Below, one piece after another: positions 19,782 through 29,813 of a stretch of DNA of 64,000 bases. The position numbers and the translations under genes are program-made. The stretch comes from Akkermansia muciniphila. GTDB lineage: Bacteria; Bacillota; Clostridia; Oscillospirales; CAG-272. Every line of letters starts with the position of its first letter. Position 1 is the stretch's first letter. Location: NCBI GenBank assembly GCA_963611795.1, contig CAVDSZ010000008.1, forward strand, positions 24,715-88,714. The letters are read 5' to 3'. The notes below the pieces were generated by a model that was not told the origin of the DNA, did no database searches, and saw only the letters and a list, made by a program, of their open reading frames with translations.

Positions 19782-22028
19782 GTGGCGCGCGCCGTCAGCG
19801 TCCGCGTACTGGACGCCCCGTTCCATATCGACCACCCCTTTGATTATGCCCTCCCGGATTACCTCACCGACCTTGCGCGCGGGACGATTGTCTCCTTGCC
19901 GTTCGGGCGGGGGGATCGCCCGGTGTTCGGTGTCGTCATGGGGGAGGCGACGCCCGACCGCGACGTCGTGCTCAAGCCCGTGCTGTCCGCCCTCGACCCG
20001 GCGTATGCCCTCGACGGTGAGATGCTCGGGCTATCCCTCTTTTTATCCGACTACTATCTCTGCTCGCTTGGCGACGCCGTGCGGTGCGTTCTGCCGCCCG
20101 CCGTATTTGCCTCTCTCGGGCAGAATATCTACCGCGTCCCCTACTGCACCCCGGTGCTGACCGGGGAGGCGCTGCATACCCTGCTCGGAGGAAAGACGCT
20201 GCGCTCCGACGCGCACAAACGCATTCTCTCCTACCTCGACGAGCACGGCACCGTCCCGAGGAGCGACCTCTGCCGCGACCTCGCCGTCACCCCGGCACAG
20301 GTCTCCGCCCTCGTCGCGAAAGGGTATCTCACGCTGGAGGAGCGCGAGACGCTCAGAAACCCGTATGCCGACCTCGCGCGCGAGCGCGACCGACGCGAGA
20401 TTCACCTCTCCCGCGCGCAGATGCGCGCCTTTGAGACGCTGGCGGAGTTGCAGGACACGGGCGAAGCGAAAGCGGCTCTGCTCCACGGCGTGACCGGGAG
20501 CGGCAAGACGCAGATTATGCTGAAACTCATCGACCGCACGCTCGCGGCGGGCAGGACCGCGATTGTCATGGTGCCGGAAATCGCCCTGACGCCGCAGACC
20601 GTCCGTATTTTCTGCGCCCGGTACGGCGAGCGCCTCGCCGTCATTCATTCCTCCCTCTCGGCGGGGGAACGGTTCGACGCCTGGCGTCGGATTCGGCGCG
20701 GCGAGGTCGATCTCGTCATCGGTACGCGGAGCGCCGTGTTCGCCCCCTTAAAGAACATCGGACTGATTGTCGTCGACGAGGAACATGAACACACCTACAA
20801 ATCCGAGCAGGACCCCAAGTACCGCACACACCGCGTCTGCGCCTACCGCGCCGGGGTACATCACGCGCTCGTCGTCCTCGCCTCGGCGACTCCCTCTTTC
20901 GAGAGTTACTATGCCGCGACCCACGGTCGCTATACGCTCGTCCCGCTGACCGAACGCTTCGGCGGTGCGAAACTGCCCGAGGCGGAGATTATCGATATGC
21001 GGCAGGAGCTCCGGGCGGGCAACGTCTCGCCCCTGAGCCACACGCTCTATGACGCACTCGCGGAAGTCAAGGAACGGGGCGAACAGGCAATTCTGTTCCT
21101 CAACCGGCGCGGCTACCACGCGTCGCTCCAGTGCCGCAACTGCGGCGCGGTGCTGAACTGCCCGCACTGCTCGGTGGCGCTCACCCTGCATACGCACCCC
21201 ACCCCCCACCTGCTCTGCCACCTGTGCGGCTATCGCGCGGCGCCGCCGCGCACCTGCCCCGAATGCCGCGACGGGCGCCTGTCCTACGTCGGCTACGGCA
21301 CCGAAAAGGTCGAGAGCGAAGTCGAGGGGCACGAGGGACATCTGACGGTGCTTCGCATGGACGCCGACACCGCGACGGGCAAGCAGGTCTACGACCGTAT
21401 GCTCGACAGCTTCCGCCGCGGCGAAAAGGACGTTCTGCTCGGTACACAAATGGTGACAAAAGGGCATGACTTCCCCCGCGTGACGCTCGTCGGCGTGATT
21501 CTCGCCGATACGGGGCTGTACGCGAACGACTTCCGCGCCTCCGAGCGCACGTTTTCCCTGCTCACACAGGTTATCGGACGCGCCGGGCGGGCGAACGCCC
21601 CGGGGCGCGCCGTCATTCAGACCTTCTCCCCCGCAAACGACGTCATTCGGCTCGCGAAAGCGCAGGATTATGTCGCCTTCTATGAGTCGGAAATCAAGCT
21701 GCGCGAGCAACTCTGCTTCCCGCCTTTCTGTGACCTCGTTTCCCTCACGCTCACCTCGCGCGACGAGGGGCGATTGCAGGAGGCAATCGGCAAATGCGCC
21801 GACCTCGCGAAGTCGCTCGCGGGTGAAAAGTACGCCGATACACCCCTGACGCTGTTCGGTCCCCTCGAGGCACAGGTCTACCGCGCCGCGGAACAGTACC
21901 GTATGCGCCTCGTCCTCAAATGCCGCTGGAACGCGCGCTCCCGCGCGTTCGTGCGCGAACTGCTTTTGTTCGCCTCGGGTCTGCGCGGTGTTTCCGCCGC
22001 GGTGGACGTCAATCCCCTGCACGCTTGA
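19782..22028 (+). CDS. priA: Primosomal replication restart helicase PriA
   Basis: Walker A GVTGSGKT, DEEH box, a Cys-rich Zn insertion (CRNCG...CPHC...CHLCG...CPEC), and GTQMVTKGHDF. GTG start. Confidence 0.95.
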   Translation: MARAVSVRVLDAPFHIDHPFDYALPDYLTDLARGTIVSLPFGRGDRPVFGVVMGEATPDRDVVLKPVLSALDPAYALDGEMLGLSLFLSDYYLCSLGDAVRCVLPPAVFASLGQNIYRVPYCTPVLTGEALHTLLGGKTLRSDAHKRILSYLDEHGTVPRSDLCRDLAVTPAQVSALVAKGYLTLEERETLRNPYADLARERDRREIHLSRAQMRAFETLAELQDTGEAKAALLHGVTGSGKTQIMLKLIDRTLAAGRTAIVMVPEIALTPQTVRIFCARYGERLAVIHSSLSAGERFDAWRRIRRGEVDLVIGTRSAVFAPLKNIGLIVVDEEHEHTYKSEQDPKYRTHRVCAYRAGVHHALVVLASATPSFESYYAATHGRYTLVPLTERFGGAKLPEAEIIDMRQELRAGNVSPLSHTLYDALAEVKERGEQAILFLNRRGYHASLQCRNCGAVLNCPHCSVALTLHTHPTPHLLCHLCGYRAAPPRTCPECRDGRLSYVGYGTEKVESEVEGHEGHLTVLRMDADTATGKQVYDRMLDSFRRGEKDVLLGTQMVTKGHDFPRVTLVGVILADTGLYANDFRASERTFSLLTQVIGRAGRANAPGRAVIQTFSPANDVIRLAKAQDYVAFYESEIKLREQLCFPPFCDLVSLTLTSRDEGRLQEAIGKCADLAKSLAGEKYADTPLTLFGPLEAQVYRAAEQYRMRLVLKCRWNARSRAFVRELLLFASGLRGVSAAVDVNPLHA

Positions 22029-22056
22029 TACAAAATCCGAAAGGAGACTTTTCATC

Positions 22057-22524
22057 ATGGCATATCTGAAAATCGTTCTGGAGGGCGACCCCGTACTCCG
22101 TAAGGTCAGTCGCCCCGTTACCGAAATCACCCCACGCATTCTGCAGCTACTCGACGATATGACGGCGACCATGCGCCGCGCGAACGGCTGCGGCCTTGCC
22201 GCACCGCAGGTGGGGGTCCTCCGCCGCGTCGTCGTCGTGGAGACGGAGCCGGGCAAAGTCTACGAACTCATCAACCCGAAGATTGTCTCCTGGTCGGGAG
22301 AACAGTGCGAGGTGGAGGGCTGCCTCTCCCTGCCGAAAAAGTGGGGCAAGACGCGCCGCCCCCGCGCCGTTGTCGTGCGGGCGCTCGACCGCAACGGGCA
22401 GGAGGTCGAATACCGCGGGGAGGATTTGCTCGCCCGCGCCTTCTGCCATGAAATCGACCACCTGGACGGGAAACTCTTCACCGACCCGGGGACTCTTGTC
22501 GGCGAGGTCGAGGTCGAAGAATGA
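22057..22524 (+). CDS. def: Peptide deformylase
   Basis: GCGLAAPQVG, EGCLS and HEIDH motifs. Confidence 0.95.
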   Translation: MAYLKIVLEGDPVLRKVSRPVTEITPRILQLLDDMTATMRRANGCGLAAPQVGVLRRVVVVETEPGKVYELINPKIVSWSGEQCEVEGCLSLPKKWGKTRRPRAVVVRALDRNGQEVEYRGEDLLARAFCHEIDHLDGKLFTDPGTLVGEVEVEE

Positions 22525-23459
22525 ACGTCGTTTTTATGGGCACGCCCGAAATCGCGGCGACCTGCCTTTCCGCCCTCCTCTCGTCCGCACACACCGTCAC
22601 GGCAGTCGTGACGCAGCCGGACAAGCCCGCAGGGCGCAACTATACCCTGACGCCCCCACCCGTCAAAGTGCTTGCAGCGTCGCGCGGGGTGCCGGTCGTC
22701 CAGCCGGAGAAGATTCGCACGCCCGAGTTTGAAGCATGGCTCAAAGCGCAGGTGCCCGACGTCATCATCGTCGTCGCCTACGGGAAAATCCTGCCGAAAT
22801 TTGTCCTTGACACCCCGCGCTACGGGTGCATCAATCTGCACGTCTCCCTCCTGCCGCGCTGGCGCGGCGCCGCCCCGATGCAGCGGGCAATTATGGCGGG
22901 CGACACCGAAACGGGCGTCACCGTCATGTATATGGACGAGGGGCTCGATACCGGCGATATCCTCATGACCCGTGCTTTTCCGATTGGAAAGACCGATAAT
23001 TTCGAGACCGTCCACGACCGCAGCGCCGCCCTCGGGGCGGAACTGCTGCCGCAGGCGCTCGACCTGATCGCGGCGGGCAACGCTCCGCGCCAAAAGCAGA
23101 GCGAGGTTGGCATGACCTATGCCGCCAAAATCGAAAAGTCCGAGTGTGAGATTGACTTCTCGCGCCCTGCGCACGAGGTGGACTGCATCATGCGCGGGCT
23201 GACGCCGATTCCCCTGCCCTTTACCTACCTGCCAAACGGGAAACTCCTCAAAGTCGTCGCCGCACGGCGTGCGGCGGGGAGCGGCGCGCCCGGTACCGTC
23301 ATCGCGCTCGACACCGAGGGCGAAGGCGGTATCACCGTCGCCTGCGGCGAGGGCGCCGTCACCCTGACGAAGCTCCGCCCCGAGGGCAAAGGCACCATGA
23401 CCGTCGCCGCGTTCCTGCGCGGGGCGCACCTCACCGTCGGAGAGAGGCTCGGCAGATGA
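22521..23459 (+). CDS. fmt: Methionyl-tRNA formyltransferase
   Basis: VVFMGTPE..., INLHVSLLPRWRGAAPMQRAI. Overlaps the def stop. Confidence 0.95.
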   Translation: MNVVFMGTPEIAATCLSALLSSAHTVTAVVTQPDKPAGRNYTLTPPPVKVLAASRGVPVVQPEKIRTPEFEAWLKAQVPDVIIVVAYGKILPKFVLDTPRYGCINLHVSLLPRWRGAAPMQRAIMAGDTETGVTVMYMDEGLDTGDILMTRAFPIGKTDNFETVHDRSAALGAELLPQALDLIAAGNAPRQKQSEVGMTYAAKIEKSECEIDFSRPAHEVDCIMRGLTPIPLPFTYLPNGKLLKVVAARRAAGSGAPGTVIALDTEGEGGITVACGEGAVTLTKLRPEGKGTMTVAAFLRGAHLTVGERLGR

Positions 23460-24760
23460 ACCTGCGGCTGACGGCACTGCGCGTACTCGCCCGGTGGGAA
23501 GCGGGCGACGCCTACATTAATCTTGCCATCGGCAGAGCGGCGGAGGGGCTCCCCGACGCCGACCGCCGGTATCTTACCGCGCTCGTCTACGGCACGGTGG
23601 AAAAGAAGCTCACGCTCGACTACGCAATCGGCGCGCTCGCGCACCGCTCCGACGTTTCCCCTGCCGCCAAATCAATCCTTGCATGCGGGCTTTATGAACT
23701 GTTTTACCTCCATACCCCCCGTCACGCGGCAGTCAACGCGTGGGTGGAGCTCTCCGGGAGCCGCGGGGAGAAGAGTTTTGTGAACGGGGTTCTCCGCGCC
23801 GCATCGGTGCTGGACGCGCCGCCCCTGCCCCCGCGGGAAAAGAATGAAGCGCGCTATCTTTCGGTATGCTATTCCGTCCCGCTCGCGACGGTCAAGCGCC
23901 TCGGCGGCATTCTCGGGGAGGAGACCGAGGACTTTCTGCGCGCGACGGCGTTGCCGCCGCGCATGACCCTGCGCGTCAATCCGCTGAAAATCTCGCGCGA
24001 GGAATACCTCGCGCACCTTACCGCCGCGGGCATCGACGCCGCGGCGACCCCGTATGCCCCTGCAGGCGTGCGCCTTGCGCGCACCTGTCCCCCGCGCGAC
24101 CTCCCCGGCTTCGCCGAGGGGTGGTTCTTCGTACAGGACGAGGCATCGCAGATTGCGACCGAGGCACTCGGGGCGGAGCCCGGTGAAACCGTCATTGACC
24201 TCTGCGCCTGCCCGGGCGGGAAGTCATTCGGCGCCGCCGTCCGTATGGAAAACCGCGGTCGGGTGCTGTCCTTCGACCTCCACGCCTCCAAACTGTCGCT
24301 CATCGAGAGCGGCGCCGCGCGGCTCGAGCTCACCTGCATTACCGCGGCGGAGCATGACGCGACCGTCCCCGACCCCACTCTGACCGCGCTTGCCGACCGC
24401 GTGATCTGCGACGTGCCCTGCTCGGGGCTGGGCGTCCTCTCCAAGAAACCCGATCTCCGCTACAAAGACCTCCGCGCGGCGGACGAGCTGCCCGCCTTGC
24501 AGAGCGCGATTCTTGCGAACGCCGCCGACTGTGTGAAACCCGGCGGAGTTCTGCTCTACTCGACCTGTACCGTGAATCCGGCGGAGAACGAGGCGGTCAC
24601 GGACGCTTTCCGCGCCGCCCGCCCGGACTTTACACCGGAGGACTTCACCGTCGGCGCGCTCGCGTCCGAGGCGGGGCGTCTGACGCTCTTCCCGCACCGG
24701 TACGGCACGGACGGATTCTACCTCGCGAAATTCCGCCGATGCGGCAAGGAGGAAGCATGA
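23456..24760 (+). CDS. rsmB: 16S rRNA m5C967 methyltransferase RsmB (Sun)
   Basis: NusB-like N-terminus, DLCACPGGKS, DVPCSGLGV and YSTCTVNPAENE. Confidence 0.9.
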   Translation: MNLRLTALRVLARWEAGDAYINLAIGRAAEGLPDADRRYLTALVYGTVEKKLTLDYAIGALAHRSDVSPAAKSILACGLYELFYLHTPRHAAVNAWVELSGSRGEKSFVNGVLRAASVLDAPPLPPREKNEARYLSVCYSVPLATVKRLGGILGEETEDFLRATALPPRMTLRVNPLKISREEYLAHLTAAGIDAAATPYAPAGVRLARTCPPRDLPGFAEGWFFVQDEASQIATEALGAEPGETVIDLCACPGGKSFGAAVRMENRGRVLSFDLHASKLSLIESGAARLELTCITAAEHDATVPDPTLTALADRVICDVPCSGLGVLSKKPDLRYKDLRAADELPALQSAILANAADCVKPGGVLLYSTCTVNPAENEAVTDAFRAARPDFTPEDFTVGALASEAGRLTLFPHRYGTDGFYLAKFRRCGKEEA

Positions 24761-25815
24761 CGCCGAAAATTGACCTGTTATCCTTGCTCCCGGAGGAGAT
24801 TGAGACGTATCTTGCCTCGCTCGGCGAACCGCGCTACCGCGCGAAGCAGATTTTCGACTGGTGCCGCCGCGGCACCCCCATATCCGAGATGTCCAACCTC
24901 CCCGCCGCCCTAAGGGCGCGGCTTGACGAGACGTGCGAGTGGCGGCTCCCGACGGTGGAGGTCAAACAGACGAGCGCCATCGACGGCACTGTCAAATACC
25001 TCTTCCGCCTCCTCGACGGCAACTGCGTCGAGAGCGTGCTCATGCGCTACCGCCACGGCACCACCCTGTGCATTTCGAGCGAAGTCGGGTGCCCCATGGG
25101 CTGTCAATTCTGTGCATCCACGATCGGCGGTAAGGTGCGGAACCTGACCCCGTCCGAGATGCTCGGGCAGGTCATCGCCGCGTCGCTCGACGCGGGCGAG
25201 CGCATCGACGGCGTGGTGCTCATGGGCATCGGAGAGCCGCTCGACAACTATGATAACGTGATGAAATTTCTGCGTCTTGTCGGACACCCGGCGGGGCTGA
25301 ACATCGGCTATCGGCACATTTCCCTCTCGACCTGCGGTATCGTGCCGCGCATCTATGACCTTGCGAAGGAGAATCTGCCGATTACCCTCTCCGTCTCGCT
25401 CCATGCCGCGACCGACGAGGCGCGGAGCGCGATTATGCCGGTGAACCGCCGTTATCCCGTCGCGGAGCTGCTCGGTGCCTGCGCCGATTATTTCAAAGCC
25501 ACGGGGCGGCGCATTTCCTTTGAATACACGCTCATCGCCGGGAAGAACGACAGCGCCCGCGATGCGGAAGTGCTGGCGGACGTACTGCTCGCGCACCTCG
25601 GGCGCGTACCGATTCATGTGAATCTGATTCGTGTCAATGAGGTCGCCGAGACGGGATTCCGCCACGGCACCGCCGCCGAGGCGAACGCTTTCGCCGAGGT
25701 GCTGACCCGCCGCGGCATCGTCGCGACGGTGCGCCGCCGTCTCGGCGCGGATATTGACGCCGCCTGCGGGCAGCTCCGCAAGAAACAGGCGGACGGGAAA
25801 GAGGGCGAGTCATGA
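24757..25815 (+). CDS. rlmN: Radical-SAM 23S rRNA/tRNA A2503-C2 methyltransferase RlmN
   Basis: YRAKQIFDW, CPMGCQFCAS cluster, GMGEPLDN-like GIGEPLDNYDNV. Start ATG 24757 overlaps the rsmB stop (ATGA). Confidence 0.95.
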   Translation: MTPKIDLLSLLPEEIETYLASLGEPRYRAKQIFDWCRRGTPISEMSNLPAALRARLDETCEWRLPTVEVKQTSAIDGTVKYLFRLLDGNCVESVLMRYRHGTTLCISSEVGCPMGCQFCASTIGGKVRNLTPSEMLGQVIAASLDAGERIDGVVLMGIGEPLDNYDNVMKFLRLVGHPAGLNIGYRHISLSTCGIVPRIYDLAKENLPITLSVSLHAATDEARSAIMPVNRRYPVAELLGACADYFKATGRRISFEYTLIAGKNDSARDAEVLADVLLAHLGRVPIHVNLIRVNEVAETGFRHGTAAEANAFAEVLTRRGIVATVRRRLGADIDAACGQLRKKQADGKEGES

Positions 25816-26756
25816 CAGAGACGACCGTAAACGGCAAGATTGTCAAGGGACTCGGCGGGCTCTACACGGTGCGTACCGTGTCGGAGGGTATCGTGCGGCT
25901 GTTCTCCTGCCGTGCCAAAGGGGCGTTTCGCCACGAGGACGAAAAGGTGACGGTCGGTGACGAGGTGGTGCTCCGCTATGACGAGAGCGCACCCGAGGAG
26001 ACGGCGATTATTCGCGAGATTCTGCCGCGTAAGAACATTCTGATTCGTCCCCCGCTCACCAATCTGGATATTCTGTTCTCGGTCATTGCGGCGGCGCGTC
26101 CCACGCCGGTGACAGAGACGCTCGATAAGTTGCTCGCCATCGCGGAGCACAACGGCATTGAGCCGGTGCTGATTGTCACGAAGTCGGACTGCGACCCCGC
26201 GGCGGCAGAGCACTACACGACGCTGTACCGACAGGCGGGCTTTACGGTGTTCCCGCTCTCGGGCGCATCGGGTGTCGGGGTGGAGCCCCTGCGCGCGTAT
26301 ATCGCGGAGCACGTCCGTGACGGCAGGTGTGCCGCTTTCGCGGGCGCATCGGGTGTCGGGAAATCGACACTGATGAACTGCCTGTTCCCGGGTCTAGCGC
26401 TCGCGACAAACGCCGTCTCCGCGCGCATCGAACGCGGGCGGCACACGACCCGCCACGTCGAACTGTTCCCGACGACGGACACCCCCGATTGTGGATTCCT
26501 TGCGGATACGCCCGGTTTCTCGATGCTGGACTTCATGCGGTTCGACTTTCTCTCGCTCGACGACCTCTTTGACGCTTTCCGCGACTTCGCGCCCTATCGC
26601 GGCGCGTGCCGCTACCCGGATTGCACCCATACCGGCGAAGGCGCCGCCGAGTGCGCGATTGCCCGCGCCGTCCGCGACGGTGCAATCGCCCCTACCCGCC
26701 ATGAGAGTTACAAATCCCTCTACCGCACCCTCAAAATCAAAAAGAATACCTATTAA
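25812..26756 (+). CDS. rsgA: Ribosome small-subunit-dependent GTPase A
   Basis: Circularly permuted GTPase (TKSD...GASGVGKSTL) with a C-terminal Zn knuckle CRYPDCTHTGEGAAEC. Confidence 0.9.
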   Translation: MTETTVNGKIVKGLGGLYTVRTVSEGIVRLFSCRAKGAFRHEDEKVTVGDEVVLRYDESAPEETAIIREILPRKNILIRPPLTNLDILFSVIAAARPTPVTETLDKLLAIAEHNGIEPVLIVTKSDCDPAAAEHYTTLYRQAGFTVFPLSGASGVGVEPLRAYIAEHVRDGRCAAFAGASGVGKSTLMNCLFPGLALATNAVSARIERGRHTTRHVELFPTTDTPDCGFLADTPGFSMLDFMRFDFLSLDDLFDAFRDFAPYRGACRYPDCTHTGEGAAECAIARAVRDGAIAPTRHESYKSLYRTLKIKKNTY

Positions 26757-26929
26757 ATAAGAAACGACAATATGCGGGGGAGCACCTTTTTCAGGAAAAG
26801 GTGCTCCCCCGCGCTCCCTCTCCAAAACCTTTTTGAAGAATTGCTACTGCTCGCGCAAGACAAAAAAGGCGGAGCGCACCTGAGGAGCCGTCCTCGCTCT
26901 CTGTGCGTTTCACACCGTCACCGCCGCAC

Positions 26930-27089
26930 GCCGAAGAAGTTTCTACATTATCACGACGTCACGTTGTAGGGGCGACCAATGGTCGCCCGCAAGCCGAAAA
27001 AGTTTCAACAATATCGCGGACGTCACATTTCGGATGCGCCCTCGACCGTCCGCGAACAAAAGACAAAATGGTTCGGGCAGATAACCCCC
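26930..27089 (+). repeat. Degenerate repeat region (63-bp-period direct repeat plus hairpins related to the MITE-like family)
   Basis: GCCGAAGAAGTTTCTACATTATCACGACGTCACGTT (26930-26965) versus GCCGAAAAAGTTTCAACAATATCGCGGACGTCACATT (26993-27029). GCGAAC..GTTCG stem followed by CAGATAACCCCC at 27052-27089. Confidence 0.45.
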
Positions 27090-27119
27090 GAATTTTTGCA
27101 ATTATTTTGGAACACCCCC

Positions 27120-27148
27120 TTGACAAGCGTCGGGGTGGGTGCTATAAT
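27120..27148 (+). promoter_or_regulatory. Sigma-A promoter of rplJ-rplL
   Basis: TTGACA (27120-27125), 17-nt spacer ending in TGC, TATAAT (27143-27148). Confidence 0.75.
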
Positions 27149-27296
27149 ATCGTCGTTATCCTGAGACAGCAGGTTCACGGTAAAAGCTTTGCTTTCCTGC
27201 CGAGGTGAGACAGACAGTACATTTTTTATGTGTTTTTTGTCCTTTCTCGGCTTGCCGTGAAAGGATTATTTTTTTATCACAAACGGAGGAAATGAA
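27149..27296 (+). ncRNA. Ribosomal protein L10 (rplJ) autoregulatory leader, putative
   Basis: About 148-nt structured 5' UTR between a strong promoter and rplJ, ending in a T-run (ACATTTTTTATG). Called from position and known Firmicute L10-leader biology, not from a model match. Confidence 0.5.
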
Positions 27297-27824
27297 ATGC
27301 CTAGTAAGAAGATTCTTGCTGAGAAGCAGGCTCTCGTCGCCGACCTGACCGAGCAAATCAAAGGTGCGGTTGCAGGCGTGCTTGTCAAATACGAAGGCAT
27401 CACGGTGGAAAACGATACCGCGCTCCGTGCGGCACTGCGTAAAGCAGGCGTTGTTTACAGCGTCAAGAAGAATTCCATGATCGGTCGTGCCTGCGAAGGC
27501 GCCGGTTACAGAGACCTTAAGCAGTACCTCACCGGTATGACCGGTATCGCAATCAGCGCGACCGACCCCGTCGCCGCCGCCAAGATTATGAAGGAATACG
27601 CCGACAAGGTGGAGACCTTCGAAATCAAAGCCGGTTTCGTCGACGGTGAGACGCTCGATGCCGCAGGGGTGAACGCCCTCGCGGAGATCCCGTCCAAGGA
27701 GACGCTCATTGCCCGTATGCTCGGCTCTATGATGGGCCCGCTCAACAACTTTGCCCGTTGCCTGCAGGCGATTATCGACAAGCAGGGCGAGGGCGAGGCG
27801 GAAGCCGCTCCCGCGGAAGCGTAA
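27297..27824 (+). CDS. rplJ: 50S ribosomal protein L10
   Basis: MPSKKILAEKQALVADLTEQIKGAVAGVLVKYEGITVE... Confidence 0.95.
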   Translation: MPSKKILAEKQALVADLTEQIKGAVAGVLVKYEGITVENDTALRAALRKAGVVYSVKKNSMIGRACEGAGYRDLKQYLTGMTGIAISATDPVAAAKIMKEYADKVETFEIKAGFVDGETLDAAGVNALAEIPSKETLIARMLGSMMGPLNNFARCLQAIIDKQGEGEAEAAPAEA

Positions 27825-27878
27825 TTCCCGCGACCGAAACACAAAAAAAATTAGTCATATTTTTGGAGGTAATTCAAA

Positions 27879-28256
27879 ATGGCAAACGAAAAGACCACTC
27901 AGATTCTTGACCTTGTGAAAGGTCTCACCATTCTTGAACTCGCAGATCTCGTGAAGGCTATGGAAGAGGAATTCGGCGTTTCCGCCGCTCCTGTGGCTGT
28001 CGCCGTTGCCGGCGGTGCCGCTGCCGCTCCCGCTGCTGAAGAGAAGACCGAGTTCGACGTTATCCTGAAGAGCGCCGGCGCGAACAAGCTGAATGTTATC
28101 AAGGCTGTCCGTTCCATCACTTCTCTCGGCCTGAAGGAAGCAAAGGACCTCGTCGAGGCTGCTCCGAAGGCAATCAAGGAAGGCGTCTCCAAGGAAGAAG
28201 CAGACAAAGTTGCCGAAGAGCTCAAGGCTGCCGGCGCAGAAGTCGAAATCAAGTAA
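27879..28256 (+). CDS. rplL: 50S ribosomal protein L7/L12
   Basis: [26 protein letters not shown]... Ala-rich hinge ...[19 protein letters not shown]... Confidence 0.97.
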   Translation: MANEKTTQILDLVKGLTILELADLVKAMEEEFGVSAAPVAVAVAGGAAAAPAAEEKTEFDVILKSAGANKLNVIKAVRSITSLGLKEAKDLVEAAPKAIKEGVSKEEADKVAEELKAAGAEVEIK

Positions 28257-28273
28257 TTTCTCCCCGTTTGGGG

Positions 28274-28319
28274 AAGGCGCGTCTCTCACCTGCCGGGAGA
28301 CGCGCCTTTTCCTTTTTTG
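28274..28319 (+). terminator. Rho-independent terminator after rplL
   Basis: Stem AAGGCGCGTCTC / GAGACGCGCCTT, then TTTCCTTTTTTGT. Confidence 0.85.
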
Positions 28320-28494
28320 TTTGTTCTCTTTTTTCTCCCGTTCCCCCCGGTAACGCTCGCCACCCGACTTTCCGATTCCCCTCCGAACCGTTTCCCGCCC
28401 CTCACGGGTTTCCCGCGCCGCTATTCGGTATAATAATCCCCTCTGCGTTTCCCCTCCCCCGTCTTTTCTGCGCTACGCACGCATAGACTGTACC

Positions 28495-28986
28495 ATGAAA
28501 AAATGGATTTGTTTTTGCCTTTTGCTCATGCTCCTTTGCACAGCCCTCCCCGGCTGTCGGGCGAAGCGCACGCCCATGGAGACACTCGAGGCGTTCGCCG
28601 CCGCCTACCCGCTCCCCGCGGGGCGGTTCTACGACAGTGAAGCGGACGAGGGGAGTGACCGCTATCTGCCGCCGCTCCTGTTCGACGCATTCTTCACGCG
28701 CTCACCGGGTGACGACGACCGGGAAGATGTACGGTGTTTCGCCCTGTTTCTCGGCACCTCCTCGTCCTTTATCGCGGAAATGGGCATCTTTGAGTGTCCC
28801 GACCGCGACGCGGCGGGGGAGATTCTCGGATGCCTCAAGACTCGCATCGAACTCTGTCGCAGCGAGCGCCGAACGGACACCTCGGCGGCGGAAAATCCGA
28901 CGCTTGCAATCTACGGGAAAACCGTCGTCTACACACTCCTGCCCGACAATGAAAAGGCGGCGCGCGTCCTCTCGCGTCTGTTCTGA
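28495..28986 (+). CDS. Lipoprotein of unknown function
   Basis: Signal peptide with lipobox (LLCTALPGC). 163 aa. No catalytic motif recognised. Confidence 0.6.
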   Translation: MKKWICFCLLLMLLCTALPGCRAKRTPMETLEAFAAAYPLPAGRFYDSEADEGSDRYLPPLLFDAFFTRSPGDDDREDVRCFALFLGTSSSFIAEMGIFECPDRDAAGEILGCLKTRIELCRSERRTDTSAAENPTLAIYGKTVVYTLLPDNEKAARVLSRLF

Positions 28987-29111
28987 CAGAAACGACGGCG
29001 CAAAAGGGGCTGTGACATAATCCGACACCCCTCTTGCAATCGCCGAAACAATCTGCTAAGATAAAAGCAGAAAACCTTTTATCCCACTCTGATAAAAGAA
29101 AGGACATTACG

Positions 29112-29615
29112 ATGATAACCTGCCCCTCCTGCCATACCGAAATTACGGAAAACGGTGCCCGCTTCTGCCCGAACTGCGGTGCCCCGCTCACCTCCGCGCA
29201 GAATACTTTCTCCGATAATGACGCCTTCAGCCAGTCCGACAACGCTTTCGACAGACAATCATCGGATCGCACCTCCGGGCAGCCGTTCGGGCAGCCGAGC
29301 GGGCAATCACAGGGCGGATACGCCTCCCGGGGTCAGTCCTATTATCAGGAACAGCCGCGCTATTCCGGGCGCCCCGAATCTACGCCGCAGCCCTCCTCCG
29401 GTCTCGCAATCGGCGCGCTGATTTGCGCCTTCCTCTTTACGATTCTCGGGCTGATTCTCGGCTGCATGGGTCTTGGTCGATACCCGAAGGGCACCGGCAG
29501 CCGCACTATGTGTGTCGTCGCCATTGTCATCTCCTCCCTCCGAATTGCCTTCTATGTCATCACGCTTTTCCTCGCAATCGCCGGCGTGATCGGAAGTGCA
29601 GCATACGCATTCTGA
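29112..29615 (+). CDS. Zinc-ribbon membrane protein
   Basis: MITCPSCHTEITENGARFCPNCGAPL zinc ribbon, a low-complexity Q/S/G linker, then two C-terminal TM helices. Confidence 0.7.
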   Translation: MITCPSCHTEITENGARFCPNCGAPLTSAQNTFSDNDAFSQSDNAFDRQSSDRTSGQPFGQPSGQSQGGYASRGQSYYQEQPRYSGRPESTPQPSSGLAIGALICAFLFTILGLILGCMGLGRYPKGTGSRTMCVVAIVISSLRIAFYVITLFLAIAGVIGSAAYAF

Positions 29616-29633
29616 AACACCCGATACCAATTA

Positions 29634-29679
29634 ATCAAAACCGCCCCTGCGCAATAGCGCAGGGGCGGTCGTTATTTTG
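29634..29679. terminator. Bidirectional terminator between the zinc-ribbon gene and valS
   Basis: Stem CCGCCCCTGCGC / GCGCAGGGGCGG, with an A-run upstream and TCGTTATTTT downstream. Confidence 0.75.
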
Positions 29680-29813
29680 TGAGAAATTCTGTGGCGATTC
29701 GACACAAGCCTTGAAAAAGCGTGCGAACAAACGCGGGTGAGCCGTTACGGCTGCGTGGGGAGACGCGCCGCCGCAAAGTCATTGCCCGCGGCGGCATCTT
29801 TCCTCCTCGCGTA

